The position numbers and the translations under genes were made by a program. The notes beneath the pieces were generated by a model. That model was not told the origin of the DNA. It did not search any database and saw nothing but the letters and a program-made list of their open reading frames with translations. Positions 40,646 through 52,924 of a stretch of 61,737 nt of DNA are shown here, one piece after another. This stretch comes from Octopus bimaculoides (Eukaryota), in assembly GCF_001194135.2 (NCBI RefSeq), contig NC_068998.1, positions 26,303,948 through 26,365,684 of the forward strand, read 5' to 3'. Numbering within the stretch: the first letter of the stretch is position 1; each line of letters starts with the position of its first letter.

Positions 40646-41639
40646 GTAATTAGACTGCCGGTCAGTTTCACTTATGGTAATTTCAATCCCAATATTAAAA
40701 AGATATACAACGTTGAATAAAGAGAAAATAAAAAGTACAGTAAAACATAAAAATGTTACTAAAAGCTTCAATATTGATTAAGGTTATGAGCTATTGCTCC
40801 TAAAAAAATCCATCCTATTTTCGGGACTATATTGCTCAGTAACTATTTGCAGCCGTTATTTATACATACAAGATATTATCTCCGGATTAGTACTACTATG
40901 AATTTCCTGTCAACGTTTAATTGTATTTTAAATGGCTGGTTTAATCACATATCATTGTATGTTTGTATAAGTAACTACACAAAACCCATTTAGCAAGTAA
41001 CATTTTCTAACCAGTTATAAGCAGAAGTCACCAAGTTGTGCATAGTACGATATATAAATTATAAATGTAAAATAGAAATAAAAAAAACATATGGAGGGGT
41101 ACAAGCGCAATTTTCGTTGACCCACCGAGGTTGTGGCAAGACGAAGAATGGACAGGATGTAGATCGCACCAAAATTATTTTATGTGACTCTGTAGATATG
41201 GCTGAAATTGATGCACAAAACATGGACAGTATGTCCCATTCCGCTAATTCAGTTAAAATAGTGAGAAAGTCACAGTTTTTTTTATTAAGGTTTGATCAGC
41301 AGTTGTATTTTAAACTATATGGCAGTTGCTATAGCATTCCAGCTATCTTTTGCAGATGGCGGGGCGGTTTATAAATAAATTTCATGTTCAGTTATTCTTT
41401 TAAATTTTTATTTTTTATTGTTGATGCGTTCTTTGAATGAATATTTCGATGAATGGTATAATGGAGCGCTTGTTTTGCTGTTGTGTTGTTATGTTGTGCT
41501 GTTATGGCAGATTCGGAGGGAGAGAAAAGAAAGCGTGGTAGGTGGGAAAATTTTGGGTTAGCTGAGTTTGAATTTGTTGTTCTGTGGGTATTGGGATACG
41601 TTTGAAGTTTTATAGTTTAAATCGTTTTATATATGGACA

Positions 41640-42120
41640 AGTTGTGCACATTTTATCGCATACGTTATGTTTATTTTATTTTTCTACTTAGCAGAGTTTG
41701 GTTGTGCTTTCTCGGACATAATATTTATTAGTTTTTTGGACGATAGTTCAATTTATGGTTGGATGGTCGGTCCTCTAACTTTTAGAAAATATACATAACA
41801 TTAGCTTGCTTCTGTTTCTGAATGACGCTGTATACTCCATGTGTCGTTTTCGCGAATGTATTCTCTGTGACACAGATACATGCTTTTAAGTGTCATAAAT
41901 GAGTATGTGTGAATTATAGACCGGTTCCTTCCCAAGACATTTGTTGTCTAGTGAACATTTTTCGAGAGATCTGCAGTTGCTTCATTGTTGGGGGTGTATT
42001 AATCGTTTTGATTTTTTTAAACCTATATTTGGAGGCAACTGCCTTGACAGTATTCCTATCGAATATTATATGGTATTTATATGAATTTTCACATAAATGC
42101 ATGACTTCCAAGTGATTTAT
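41640..42120 (-). mobile_element. Penelope-like element, Naiad-like C-terminal GIY-YIG fragment, decayed
   Basis: Minus strand YHIIFDRNTVK, SNCRSLEKCSLDNKCLGKEPVY (degenerate CxCx5C motif), ICVTENTF, PTINxTIV, LCxVEK. Confidence 0.7.
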
Positions 42121-42785
42121 ATGTTTTATGCAGATATTTAGAATCTGAATTTTTATTTAAATACGATAGAAAGAGAAAATAACGTGCATAGACACAAATA
42201 AGCACAAATGCGCACGTGAATGCACATACTCAGACACATACAATGTCTGAGTTGTAGTTACATTCAGTTAGCCTACATATTAGGTTGTACTGTTTATAAA
42301 CTTAATTTGTAGAATACTATAGAGGAATCTTTCTTTTACCTAATGTGCTTTACAGACATACAGTCAGACATGCTGACAGATAGACAGACATATACAATGA
42401 TAGTCAATATATGAAATAGAAAGCAACACATTATAGAAAACACTTAGTTGCGCTCAAATGATTTGAACTCCGATTTACACTTGAAGAATGAAGTATAAAT
42501 ATATATGTTTTATTGAGCAAACTTACTCAGATTACATACACTCAAAGAATTAGAGGGGAGAAGGCGTCACAAACCTGGCACCTGTCCTTGATTGTTCGGA
42601 GTCACTCGATAATTTTGGCAAATATAATTGATTAAAGATTTGCAGCCGGTAATTGAAGCAAACAAACATTGGTAAACTCCACAGCCTCGTTCATAAGACT
42701 GGACACATGATCCTCTTTTCACATGTTTACATGTGTATGTAAGAGAGTCTGGGAAAATAAAATTATATATGTGTGTGTATGTATG

Positions 42786-42870
<85 letters not shown>

Positions 42871-43393
42871 ATATATATATAGTCATTATGAGGATATAGA
42901 AACCTATTATGGGGATAGTTTTATCCAAGATACACTGGTTTAATATATTATACTTTGGAGATGTAATTCTTAAATAAATATATTATACAAATATCAAACA
43001 TTATTAAGTAAGAAAATGGATATAAAATAATTTTTGATTAATTAACATTGCCTACAATCGTTTCAATTTACGCTCAATACAAATAACAAAATATATAGAA
43101 TAAAATGATTTTGCATTTTTTATGATTATGAATGAAATATCTTCAGAGCACAAAGGACATTACCGACTTTACATGTGTTGTGTCGACACCCCCAGGCGAA
43201 GACGTAGGATCTCCCAAGACATATAAATGGAGGTAGTTTCGCTGTGGTAGGTGTTGAGTAGCAGTCGAGTAGCAGTTGTGTAGCGGGTGAGTAGAGAGCA
43301 TCAGTAGATGCGAGATAGCAGTAGCTTGAGACATAACATGTGAATCAGTTGAGGTACTCCAACAGATTAAGTAGGGGAAAGCAGTGTGTTTGT

Positions 43394-43461
<68 letters not shown>

Positions 43462-43527
43462 GTGTGCGTGTGTGTGCGCGCGCGTTAATAGTTCATTTAA
43501 ATATACTAATCATATAATGATTTAAAT

Positions 43528-43895
43528 ATTGTCTTATCTTTTATTTTATACGCGCACACTCACACTCACACTCACACACGAATTTGAATAAACCATATGT
43601 ATAATGTTTCTACTTGTACATAAAAACAAATGATTAAAATAAAGATTAAAAATAAAAATAAAGATTAAAAATAAATTGAAAATAATAAATAAAAGTAATT
43701 AAATAGTAATTATGAAAATATATAAAAACAATATGTAAAAAATATATTAAAAATATACATATATATATATAATGAAAATAGTATTATAAAATAAGGATAT
43801 GAAATAAAAGTAGAAACATTATACATATGGTTTATTCAAATTCGTGTGTGAGTGTGAGTGTGAGTGTGCGCGTATAAAATAAAAGATAAGACAAT
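43528..43895. repeat. Near-perfect inverted repeat: arms about 88 bp (43528-43615, 43808-43895), 192-bp AT-rich spacer
   Basis: By my reading the arms are reverse complements except for one extra CA unit in the left arm. Confidence 0.92.
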
Positions 43896-44817
43896 GATAA
43901 GGATATAAAAACAAAAACTTAATAAATATGAATATCTATTGTCTATTTCAGTTTGTGCGTGATTGTGTATGTGAGTGTATATGGACGCTTACTGTATATG
44001 TTAATTTATGTGTGCGTATGCGGGCATGTATGTTAATAAAAGCTTATCGAATCAAATCAGTTTATCCATATATTTATATGTGCGTATATTTATATACATC
44101 TACATATAAAAACTATACAGAATGATAATGTATGATGCAGACCCAATAACCAATTATATAATTTATTATGATATAAAGCAGTAAGATGATTCAGTATATA
44201 TTTTTATGTTTATAATTGGTTGAAAACAAAAATGAAAATAAAAATAAACATCAAAGGAATTCATTATATTTAATGCTAAATATTTATATTTATATCGATA
44301 TCCAAATTAATCCAATAATGATAATTAATTATAGTTATTAATTCGTATTTTACACACGCGCACGCGCACACACACACACATACACACGCATACACACAAA
44401 TACGTGCTTACTTTACAGGCATCCAAGATTAGTACGTCATCAAAATTAGTCTTATCAATAGATATTGTATTACAATCTGAAATTAGATGTATTATATTAG
44501 GAAATTAATTAACAACGATTAATACTATTATTATTAAAAGGACCCGTGAGCATTATGTTAAATATAATATATAATTATGATTTATATTATTTAATATTAG
44601 ATTTATAAACTGATTTAGACTTATTTCAGTATTCATTTATTTTATCTTTATTGATTAAATTTACTAAAAACATATTTAGTGTAATGACAACAAGTTCTTA
44701 CAGTCTTTTCTAGAATTGATTAATTTGTATTTAGATTTTAGTATTTGGAAAAGCTCTTCTATACCGAATCGATATTCTTTATCTGAAATATAATATGTAT
44801 GTATGTATGTATGTATG

Positions 44818-44852
<35 letters not shown>

Positions 44853-44854
<2 letters not shown>

Positions 44855-45039
44855 GGTGGTTGTCTACTCCTTAAACAGAGTTTGACCACCTCCTGCACCT
44901 ACACCTTAGCCTTTTCATGGCGTCTGATGTGGCTTTTTAAACCAGACAGCGTTTTGAAAAAACACCCACACAGATTGCACCTCTGATTTGCACTACCAAT
45001 ACCTGCAAGTAAGTTCTGCTCATTATGGATCCTAACATG
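44853..45039 (-). mobile_element. Probable RTE-type LINE 3' end encoding a C-terminal C2H2 zinc finger
   Basis: 44899-45039 reads HVRIHNEQNLLAGIGSANQRCNLCGCFFKTLSGLKSHIRRHEKAKV-stop. A short 3' UTR ends in (TA)n. Upstream part lost in the gap. Confidence 0.6.
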
Positions 45040-45500
45040 NNNNNNNNNNNNNNNNNNNNNNNNNNNNNNNNNNNNNNNNNNNNNNNNNNNNNNNNNNNNN
45101 NNNNNNNNNNNNNNNNNNNNNNNNNNNNNNNNNNNNNNNNNNNNNNNNNNNNNNNNNNNNNNNNNNNNNNNNNNNNNNNNNNNNNNNNNNNNNNNNNNNN
45201 NNNNNNNNNNNNNNNNNNNNNNNNNNNNNNNNNNNNNNNNNNNNNNNNNNNNNNNNNNNNNNNNNNNNNNNNNNNNNNNNNNNNNNNNNNNNNNNNNNNN
45301 NNNNNNNNNNNNNNNNNNNNNNNNNNNNNNNNNNNNNNNNNNNNNNNNNNNNNNNNNNNNNNNNNNNNNNNNNNNNNNNNNNNNNNNNNNNNNNNNNNNN
45401 NNNNNNNNNNNNNNNNNNNNNNNNNNNNNNNNNNNNNNNNNNNNNNNNNNNNNNNNNNNNNNNNNNNNNNNNNNNNNNNNNNNNNNNNNNNNNNNNNNNN

Positions 45501-45578
45501 AAGAAGAAGAAGAAGAAGAAGAAGAAGAAGAAGAAGAAGAAGAAGAAGAAGAAGAAGAAGAAGAAGAAGAAGAAGAAG
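45501..45578. repeat. (AAG)n microsatellite
   Basis: Direct reading; source of the poly-R ORF. Confidence 0.98.
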
Positions 45579-46012
45579 GTGTGAAGTTAAGAGTTTATTA
45601 TCAAAAAAAATCGATCATCATCCCTTACAGTTGTCTCAATTATACTCAATGAATTAAATATTAAGTACATATTTCTGAGAATAATATCTTCAGAGGGCAA
45701 AAAATATACCCTTAGATGTTTTATATGTTTGTTTATGGATTCATTATAGCAGACTCAATGATACTATTTATTATTTGTATTTTTATGTGTTTGAGCGAGG
45801 GGTTTGCTGGTTGGTTGGAGGTAAGACGGAGTAGGTCAATAGAGTTAGAGTAATGAATGAATAAATTAAATAGAGATGATGGAGCAAATTACAATATAAA
45901 TATGGTAAGGATATACAGTACATTTATAAGTTGTAGCTAAATTCGAGAAAATTTGTATATATGCAAGTACACACGCATGTTTATACACGCATAAATACAT
46001 TCATCTGTACGT

Positions 46013-46046
<34 letters not shown>

Positions 46047-46048
<2 letters not shown>

Positions 46049-46269
46049 TTTATTTAAAAGCAGCAGAAACATAACAAAAAGCTGTTACTCAGAGTTTCAC
46101 GTTCTTATTCATCGGACAGTTTTGTTAGAAATGGGCGAGAAATGACGATGCAATCAAAACTAATATAAAATTAAAACACATGCATCTGTTTCATTGGTCG
46201 TTTCAAATAACGGTCTTAGGTATGCAATGAACAAAATAAACAAAACTAATGAATTCAATATAGATTCAT
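46047..46269 (-). mobile_element. PLE pLTR (family C), inverted relative to the copy at 47995-48158
   Basis: 46107-46269 is the reverse complement of 47995-48158 with few mismatches. Carries a hammerhead. Ends in (TA)n. Confidence 0.75.
46077..46123 (-). ncRNA. Minimal type I hammerhead ribozyme-like motif, CCGAUGA core variant
   Basis: AAAA-CUGU-CCGAUGA-AUAAGAACGU-GAA-ACUCUGAGU-A-ACAG-C-UUUU: stem I CUGU/ACAG extended by AAAA/UUUU, stem III ACUC-U-GAGU, GUA cleavage triplet. Confidence 0.68.
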
Positions 46270-46703
46270 TTTATTTTAAAAAATCAAAGAAAACCTTAAA
46301 CTGAAAAGTAGGTTCAAAATACATATTGTAAATAATTATATTCGAATTATCGCTCAATTAACACATTGAAATGAAAACAAAATTTACGCTGCATTAAAAT
46401 AAAAAATAAAAAATTTTACAACTGTATATACGCATACTAGACTATCTACAACATACATATATACATCAAAAGACACAGATTCATACGTACAGACAATATA
46501 CGTATATACGCATATGTTTGTAAGACATAATAATAACATGCACGAATACGCATGTATACATATACACATATGCACACAATCATGCTCGCATACGAAAATT
46601 ATTCAGCGTTGGAACAGGCGGAGGGGAGAAGTAAGGGTTGGGAAGAGTAACGTCTAGATAAAGGACGTTAATAATGTAGAAATGGAGAAAATGTGGTTTT
46701 CGT

Positions 46704-46704
<1 letters not shown>

Positions 46705-46756
<52 letters not shown>

Positions 46757-46768
46757 AGGAAAGAAGGA

Positions 46769-46816
<48 letters not shown>

Positions 46817-46847
46817 AAAGAAAAGAAAGAAAGAAAGAAAGTAGGGG

Positions 46848-46906
<59 letters not shown>

Positions 46907-47085
46907 AAAGAAAAGAAAGAAAGAAAGAAAGTAGGGGAGAAAGAAAGAAAGTAGGGGAGAAAGAAAGAGAGAAAGAAGGAAAGAAATAAAGAATGAAAGA
47001 AAGAAAAAAAGAAGGAAAGAAAGAAAGAAGGAAAGAAAGAAAGAAGGAAAGAAAGAAAGAAGGAAAGAAAGAAAGAAGGAAGTGT
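46705..47085. repeat. (GAAA)n compound microsatellite with higher-order duplication
   Basis: Direct reading; GTAGGGGA interruptions occur three times. Confidence 0.97.
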
Positions 47086-47429
47086 AGCGTATATAACAAA
47101 ATTAGATTATGTATATGTGTATACAAAAATGCATATTAGCATCGTGTATACAGATATATAGGGATATGTACGCGAATACACACAAATATAATTGTATACA
47201 TGCGTACGCACACATTCAAGCATATATGTGTATAAGCAAGAGCGCACATTCTCATATGTAACATAGACGCACAGACACGAATATATGTATGTATGTGTAA
47301 ATATAAGCATACACTCTTACCCACGCATATACAAAACGCACACACACGAAATCATTACTGGATGTGCACAAGTGTAAACATAGGCTCTATACATAAGCAT
47401 AGGCGCACACATATGAATACATATGCATT

Positions 47430-48158
47430 GCTACAATACAGACATCCACATAAAAAACTTTTAGGTCTTAGCCTAAAAATTTTTTAAGAAATTGCTGAGT
47501 GCATAAAAGCGAAAATTGGGCAAAATACATTCATAATAGAATCCCATATATCGAACCATTCATAGAAACGGTTAAATTTGTTTACAAAATATTTTTAAAT
47601 AAATACAAATAAAATAAAATAAAGTAAAATAAAAACAAGAAAACTATACATATAACAGTCGAAGGCTTTCTTTAAAAACGTAGGGATCTATACAATATTC
47701 TTGCAATGCGAAGTAAATCATGTATAATGAGGTACAAATCCAATATCAAGATTGGAAACTGGTTTCAAGGAGTCAAAAATTATCAAAAATATACTACCCA
47801 TATGGTATATTATTAGTCGACATTTTAAATTTAGACGCATGTCTACATGAATTTAAAAGTTCGCGTCTTTGGTTTAAAGCTTTCTTGTCTTGGAATAAGA
47901 TATGGAATTTCTCTAGTAAATACAACTCACATTTAATTGGGTATTTTTCTTTGTGGGCACCGTGCCTGTAAGGCGATGCTCTACCTAAAATAGGATGAAT
48001 CTATATTGAATTCATTTGTTTTGTCTATTTTGTTCATTGCATACCTAAGACCGTTATTTGAAACGACCAATGAAACAGATGCATGTGTTTAAATTTTATA
48101 TTAGTTTTGATTGCATCGTCATTTCTCTCCCATTTCTAACAAAACTGTCCGATGAACG
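47430..48158 (+). mobile_element. Highly decayed PLE ORF remnant plus pLTR (family C)
   Basis: Weak IRIPYIEP and KNVGIYTIFLQC..GT (GIY-like), followed by the pLTR with hammerhead 5' half aaaactgtccgatgaacg cut by the gap. The protein similarity is weak. Confidence 0.45.
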
Positions 48159-48260
48159 NNNNNNNNNNNNNNNNNNNNNNNNNNNNNNNNNNNNNNNNNN
48201 NNNNNNNNNNNNNNNNNNNNNNNNNNNNNNNNNNNNNNNNNNNNNNNNNNNNNNNNNNNN

Positions 48261-48293
<33 letters not shown>

Positions 48294-48629
48294 CGTATAT
48301 ATATATGCACACATATATATACACATACATACACACACAGACACAAATATATATATACACACCCGCACACACGCACATATACATTCATATATACCCATGT
48401 ATATGAATACATGCACATACAAATGCATGCATGCATACACATATACTCAAGTACTTGTACGTCCCAGCATACATATATACATACATTCACTCACATTTCA
48501 GCATGTACTCTTCCATGATTGCAAGTTCAACAGAAATTAATCTCTCTGGTGAGACATAAATATTATTTAGTAAACACATATTTTTCATTAGCTACTAATA
48601 GTTTCATGCGATGAAAAACAACTGAAACT

Positions 48630-48993
48630 ACATTTTATTCACAAAGCCAAGCGCTCGGATTATTATTAGTATAAATGCAAATTTATTATCTGGATACGGG
48701 AACTTGAAGTTTCGAAGCAGTTGTCTATAGTTATCCTCTTTCTCTCTGATTTTCAAACGGGTATTCACAGCAGCAGGACACGTGACTTCTTTGACGGTAC
48801 ATTCATTTTCTTGTCTGCCCCAAACTACAATACCTGGCATTTTAAGCACAGACTTGACAAATGTTTTGTTGGAAATGTCCCACCAATATTCCTTGTATTG
48901 ATGTTTGTGTACGTATTCGGTAACAGAGGTATTCTCTATATTTTATTCCAGCAGAGTCTAATTTTCCGGATGGCATTGTATATTGTTTTTATG
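48630..48993 (-). mobile_element. RLE LINE, lineage B (copy B4)
   Basis: KTIYNAIRK, KEYWWDIS, PGIVVWGRQENECTVKEVTCPAAVN, PYPDNKF, RALGFV. The 5' junction abuts (TATG)n, i.e. (CATA)n on the element strand. Confidence 0.82.
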
Positions 48994-49599
48994 TGCATAT
49001 GTATGTATGTACATATGTATGTATGTGTATAGGTAGGAAGGTAGGTAGGTAGGTAGGAATAGTGTTTATTGATGCTCATGATAAAATTTCAAGCCTTACA
49101 ATCAGTTGATCAGAACTTTGAAACAAAATATACTGTTTCTAAGAAACAAAGTAGCAAATCTGTTTCGACCGAAAATTATCATGCTGGTACAAATTGCAAA
49201 GTCTACCTCAAATCGAATAATCTTCTCAAAAACGGAATATACCTTGACATGACTCTCATAAATTTTCTGTATGGATTAATAAAGAACGCGTATGTTGGGA
49301 AAGGCGACTCTTCAAATCATTGTTGATTGATCTAATATATAAACCCGGATAAGAATTGTTGCGTTGATGTATCTTGGTACAACATGCATGTCTATACCAA
49401 ATACCAACTCTAGGATATCAAGTACAGCATCAACAGCTTTACAAGTTTGAAATTAGAATTATTGGAAGGTAGTTCCTGAGATCTTGTTTGTGTTACTGTA
49501 TATTTTATGGATTTTTTTAATTGCTGAGAGATCTATGTGTCTTAAGCAAGAGTAATTAACTGAAAACGAAGAAGCTCAAAGCAAAAATTAGGATATCAC

Positions 49600-50100
49600 C
49601 AAAGGTGGATCACAATAAACACAAAATAATAAACGCGAGAAAGACGTCCAAAGAGAAAAGAATGAAGAGGATTTAAATTTTAATCATGGACTTTTTCAAC
49701 AAGCACAGTCGGGTTATGAAATTAAACTTCCTAGTCTGCTTCAAAAGAAGACTTCTAAACCATTACACAATACTATCATTCGCCTACAGATCGGAAACGT
49801 GGATCTTAACAGTAGACATAGAGAAGAAACTGACAGCGTCAGCACAAAACTGGGAAAGATTAATGCAATAGAGAAACAAAAAAGTAACTGAAAGACAAAC
49901 AAAAGCGTAAAAACATGAAAGAAAGTAGACGATATATTCATCATTGTATAAACGACGGAAATATCACGAAATGGCGACCAATGACTGAAAAAATAATGAA
50001 GACCACGAAAAGATGGCGCGTCGTGATTGACAGTACTAGAGTAGCGTCGTTTAAAAGGTAACACGCAAGGGAGATTAGGAAAAAACTGGCGATGTTATGG
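49600..50100 (+). mobile_element. RTE-clade LINE fragment (thumb region), decayed
   Basis: CFKRRLLNHYTILSFAYRSETWILTVDIEKKLTASAQNWERLM matches the RTE pattern CLKRKVFNQCVLPxxTYGSETW..AQRxMER. A WRP motif follows. Confidence 0.75.
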
Positions 50101-50267
50101 TGAAACTTTCATCTAACAGTAGATCGACAGCAGTTAACTACAATACGTAACTACATAAATATCAAAGTAATATATATGTATCTATATAACAATATATGCA
50201 CTCGCACTAATGTGCACACACATACAAACACACATATGAATATATATATAAATACATACTTCTATGA

Positions 50268-50317
<50 letters not shown>

Positions 50318-50846
50318 GGAGTGGAGCTGAAAGTTTCCACACCGGGAAAAATCGAATAGCAACTAAATCAAAATTATAAATAATAAATATATATATATCT
50401 GGAAACGCTACACCATTTTGTACTGAATGCTATCTTCTTTCGTTTTCAAAATGCAACTTTTGGACATGTACGTCTGTGTGCGCTTCCTTATGCGTTTGTT
50501 TGCATTGGCAGATACATTACAACGCCACAGACCATACTATGTTCCATCCCAGCATTTAATAGTTTCAGAAGTTTCTATCGGAATAATGTTCATCCGTTAA
50601 ACTGTCCTCTTTTATCTGGCTGGACAGAGAAGATAAAATGCTTACAATTGATCCTGACGCTATCTCACTCTATCAGAAATAGCATTTTCACATGGTCAGT
50701 TATCTGTAATTATAAATTTGCATAGACGTACACGCATATAAACACGCACGTATTCACTCACGTGCACTACACAAAATCTCTCTCTCTCACTCTCTCTCTC
50801 TCTCTCTCTCTCTTTCTTTCTCTCTCTTTCTTTCTCTCTCTTTCTT

Positions 50847-50878
<32 letters not shown>

Positions 50879-51024
50879 CCATACACACAATTACGTACCC
50901 ATTTAGATACAATATATAAATGATTATGAGTAAAGATATATACGTTTGCTTGTGTTTGTATGTACGTCTGTCTGTAAAGATGTGTGTGAGTGTGAATGTG
51001 CATGTACGTATACATATTCTATAT

Positions 51025-51300
51025 CTATGTGTTTAGAATATTAAGTAAATATATAAGTATGAATCTGTGTATATATATTATGTATGTATATATACATATA
51101 TAAATACATATGTATATATATGCATCTGTATGTATGTATGCATGTATGTTTGTATGTATGTATGCATGTATGCATGCCTGTATGTATGTATGTACGCATG
51201 CATGCACATATGTATGTATGCGTGTGTGCATGTATGTATGTATGCATGCTTGCATGTATGTATGTATGTATGTATGTATGTTTGTATTAGGTATGGATGG
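51025..51300. repeat. (TATG)n/(CATG) compound microsatellite
   Basis: Direct reading. Confidence 0.96.
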
Positions 51301-51304
51301 CTAG

Positions 51305-52019
51305 ATGTATGTTCTCTTCCGTTTTAATTATTTAAATTCTTTCACTGAGGAAGGACCTGCTTTTTAACAACGCTACAAACCTCCATTGTTGGAATGCAGA
51401 TAACGAAAATAATGTCACATTTTAAACTTGAGAATAAACTTGCATATTTTTACTGTTCCACTTACAGATTGTATTCGAAATGTGCGAGATAGTTTGTTGA
51501 TTTCGTTTTCTGAAAATCAAAGCTCATCCTGATTTTTAGGCGTTTACTCACAAAACCAAGAGCACCAACTCTTATTGGTATAAGTGTGAATTTGTAATCT
51601 GGATATAGAAGCTGGAGGTTTCGAAGCAGTTGTCCAAGGTTATCCTCTTACGCTTGGATTTTCAATGAAATATCCACACCAGTAGGACAGCTGGCCTCTT
51701 TTGACGGTACATATATTTTCTTGTCGGCCCCAAACTACAGTATCTGGCATGTTATATTTACACTTGACATGCTTTGATGTGAACGTCCCACAAGTATTTC
51801 TTTTGTTGATGTTTGTATATGCATTCAATAACAGGAATATTTATTCCAGGGCAATATTATATTGATTTTATATTCATTTTCTATTGATTTTACGACAGCG
51901 TCGTGTCGCATAGGGAGGTAAAACCTTGATGACATTTTTCGTCAGCTGTCGTGTAATGTCTTACTCAGAAATATGACATAATCTACATTTTTGTATGCAC
52001 CTTGGAGCTTGAAGGCTTC
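51305..52019 (-). mobile_element. RLE LINE, lineage B (copy B5), both ends in (CATA)n
   Basis: KMSSRFYLPMRHDAVVK, KCKYNMPDTVVWGRQENICTVK, ALGFVSK, RIQSVSGTVKICKFILKFKM stop 51415. The 3' UTR runs into (CATA)n and the 5' junction follows (CATA)n. Confidence 0.85.
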
Positions 52020-52270
52020 ATGTATATATGTATGTATGTATGTATGTATGTTTGTATGTATGTATGTGTGTATGTATGTATGCCTGCATGCATGTGTGTG
52101 TATGTATGTATACATGTATGTATGTATACATGTATGTATGCATGTATGTACGTATGTATGTATGTCTGTATGTATATCTATGTATAAATGTATGTATGTA
52201 TGTATGTATGTATGTATGTATGTATGTATGCATGTATGCTTGTGCGTATGTATGAATGTATGTATGCACA
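52020..52270. repeat. (TATG)n microsatellite
   Basis: Direct reading. Confidence 0.96.
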
Positions 52271-52924
52271 AGACACCATGTTACTTCCCATGCACTATGA
52301 GAAGGAAATATAACTGCTAATATCCAGACTTTGAGCAATAAAGCACATTTTACTATATCGTTCACTGTTATCTAACTGACAATAGCTAAAACATAGCAGG
52401 ACCCCAACCTTTGTAAACAAGTAATGATTTCTCAACATCAGTATCACAGGAGAACAATTTCTGTTGGGCTTACTTTTTTCACTTGATTTAGCCTAATATC
52501 GGTATGTTGATTTCAATCTACAGTCAGTTTTCTTCCATAAAGTCAAGTATATTTTCTAAAACTTACTCTCTGAATAAGCACAATTGTATTATTTGTTCGT
52601 AAGTAATAAGGTGAGTCACTTGCTTTTATTATTTTATTGATATCACTAGAGAACATTTTCAAAAAATTTTATTTGTCTTGCCTTTTACACTTTGTCCTGC
52701 CTAATTTGATGGCGCTGGATTAAAAATGCCCTCAGAAATTTTCTATCACGTCAAGTTTTTCCTTAAACAGGAAATCATTTTTTACCAAAAAATATCAACT
52801 TTTGCCATTAAATGCAATACCGAAATAAGAAACCACATAAACCAAATAGTACTTTTTTCGTTTGATAACAATATTACACAAAATATATATTTCTGTCAAA
52901 CTGAAGTTTCAGTTACTCTTTACT

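Noticed and set aside
46693-46989. Lys/Glu/Arg-rich ORF and its antisense Phe/Leu/Ser ORF
   Set aside because: Translation of (GAAA)n.
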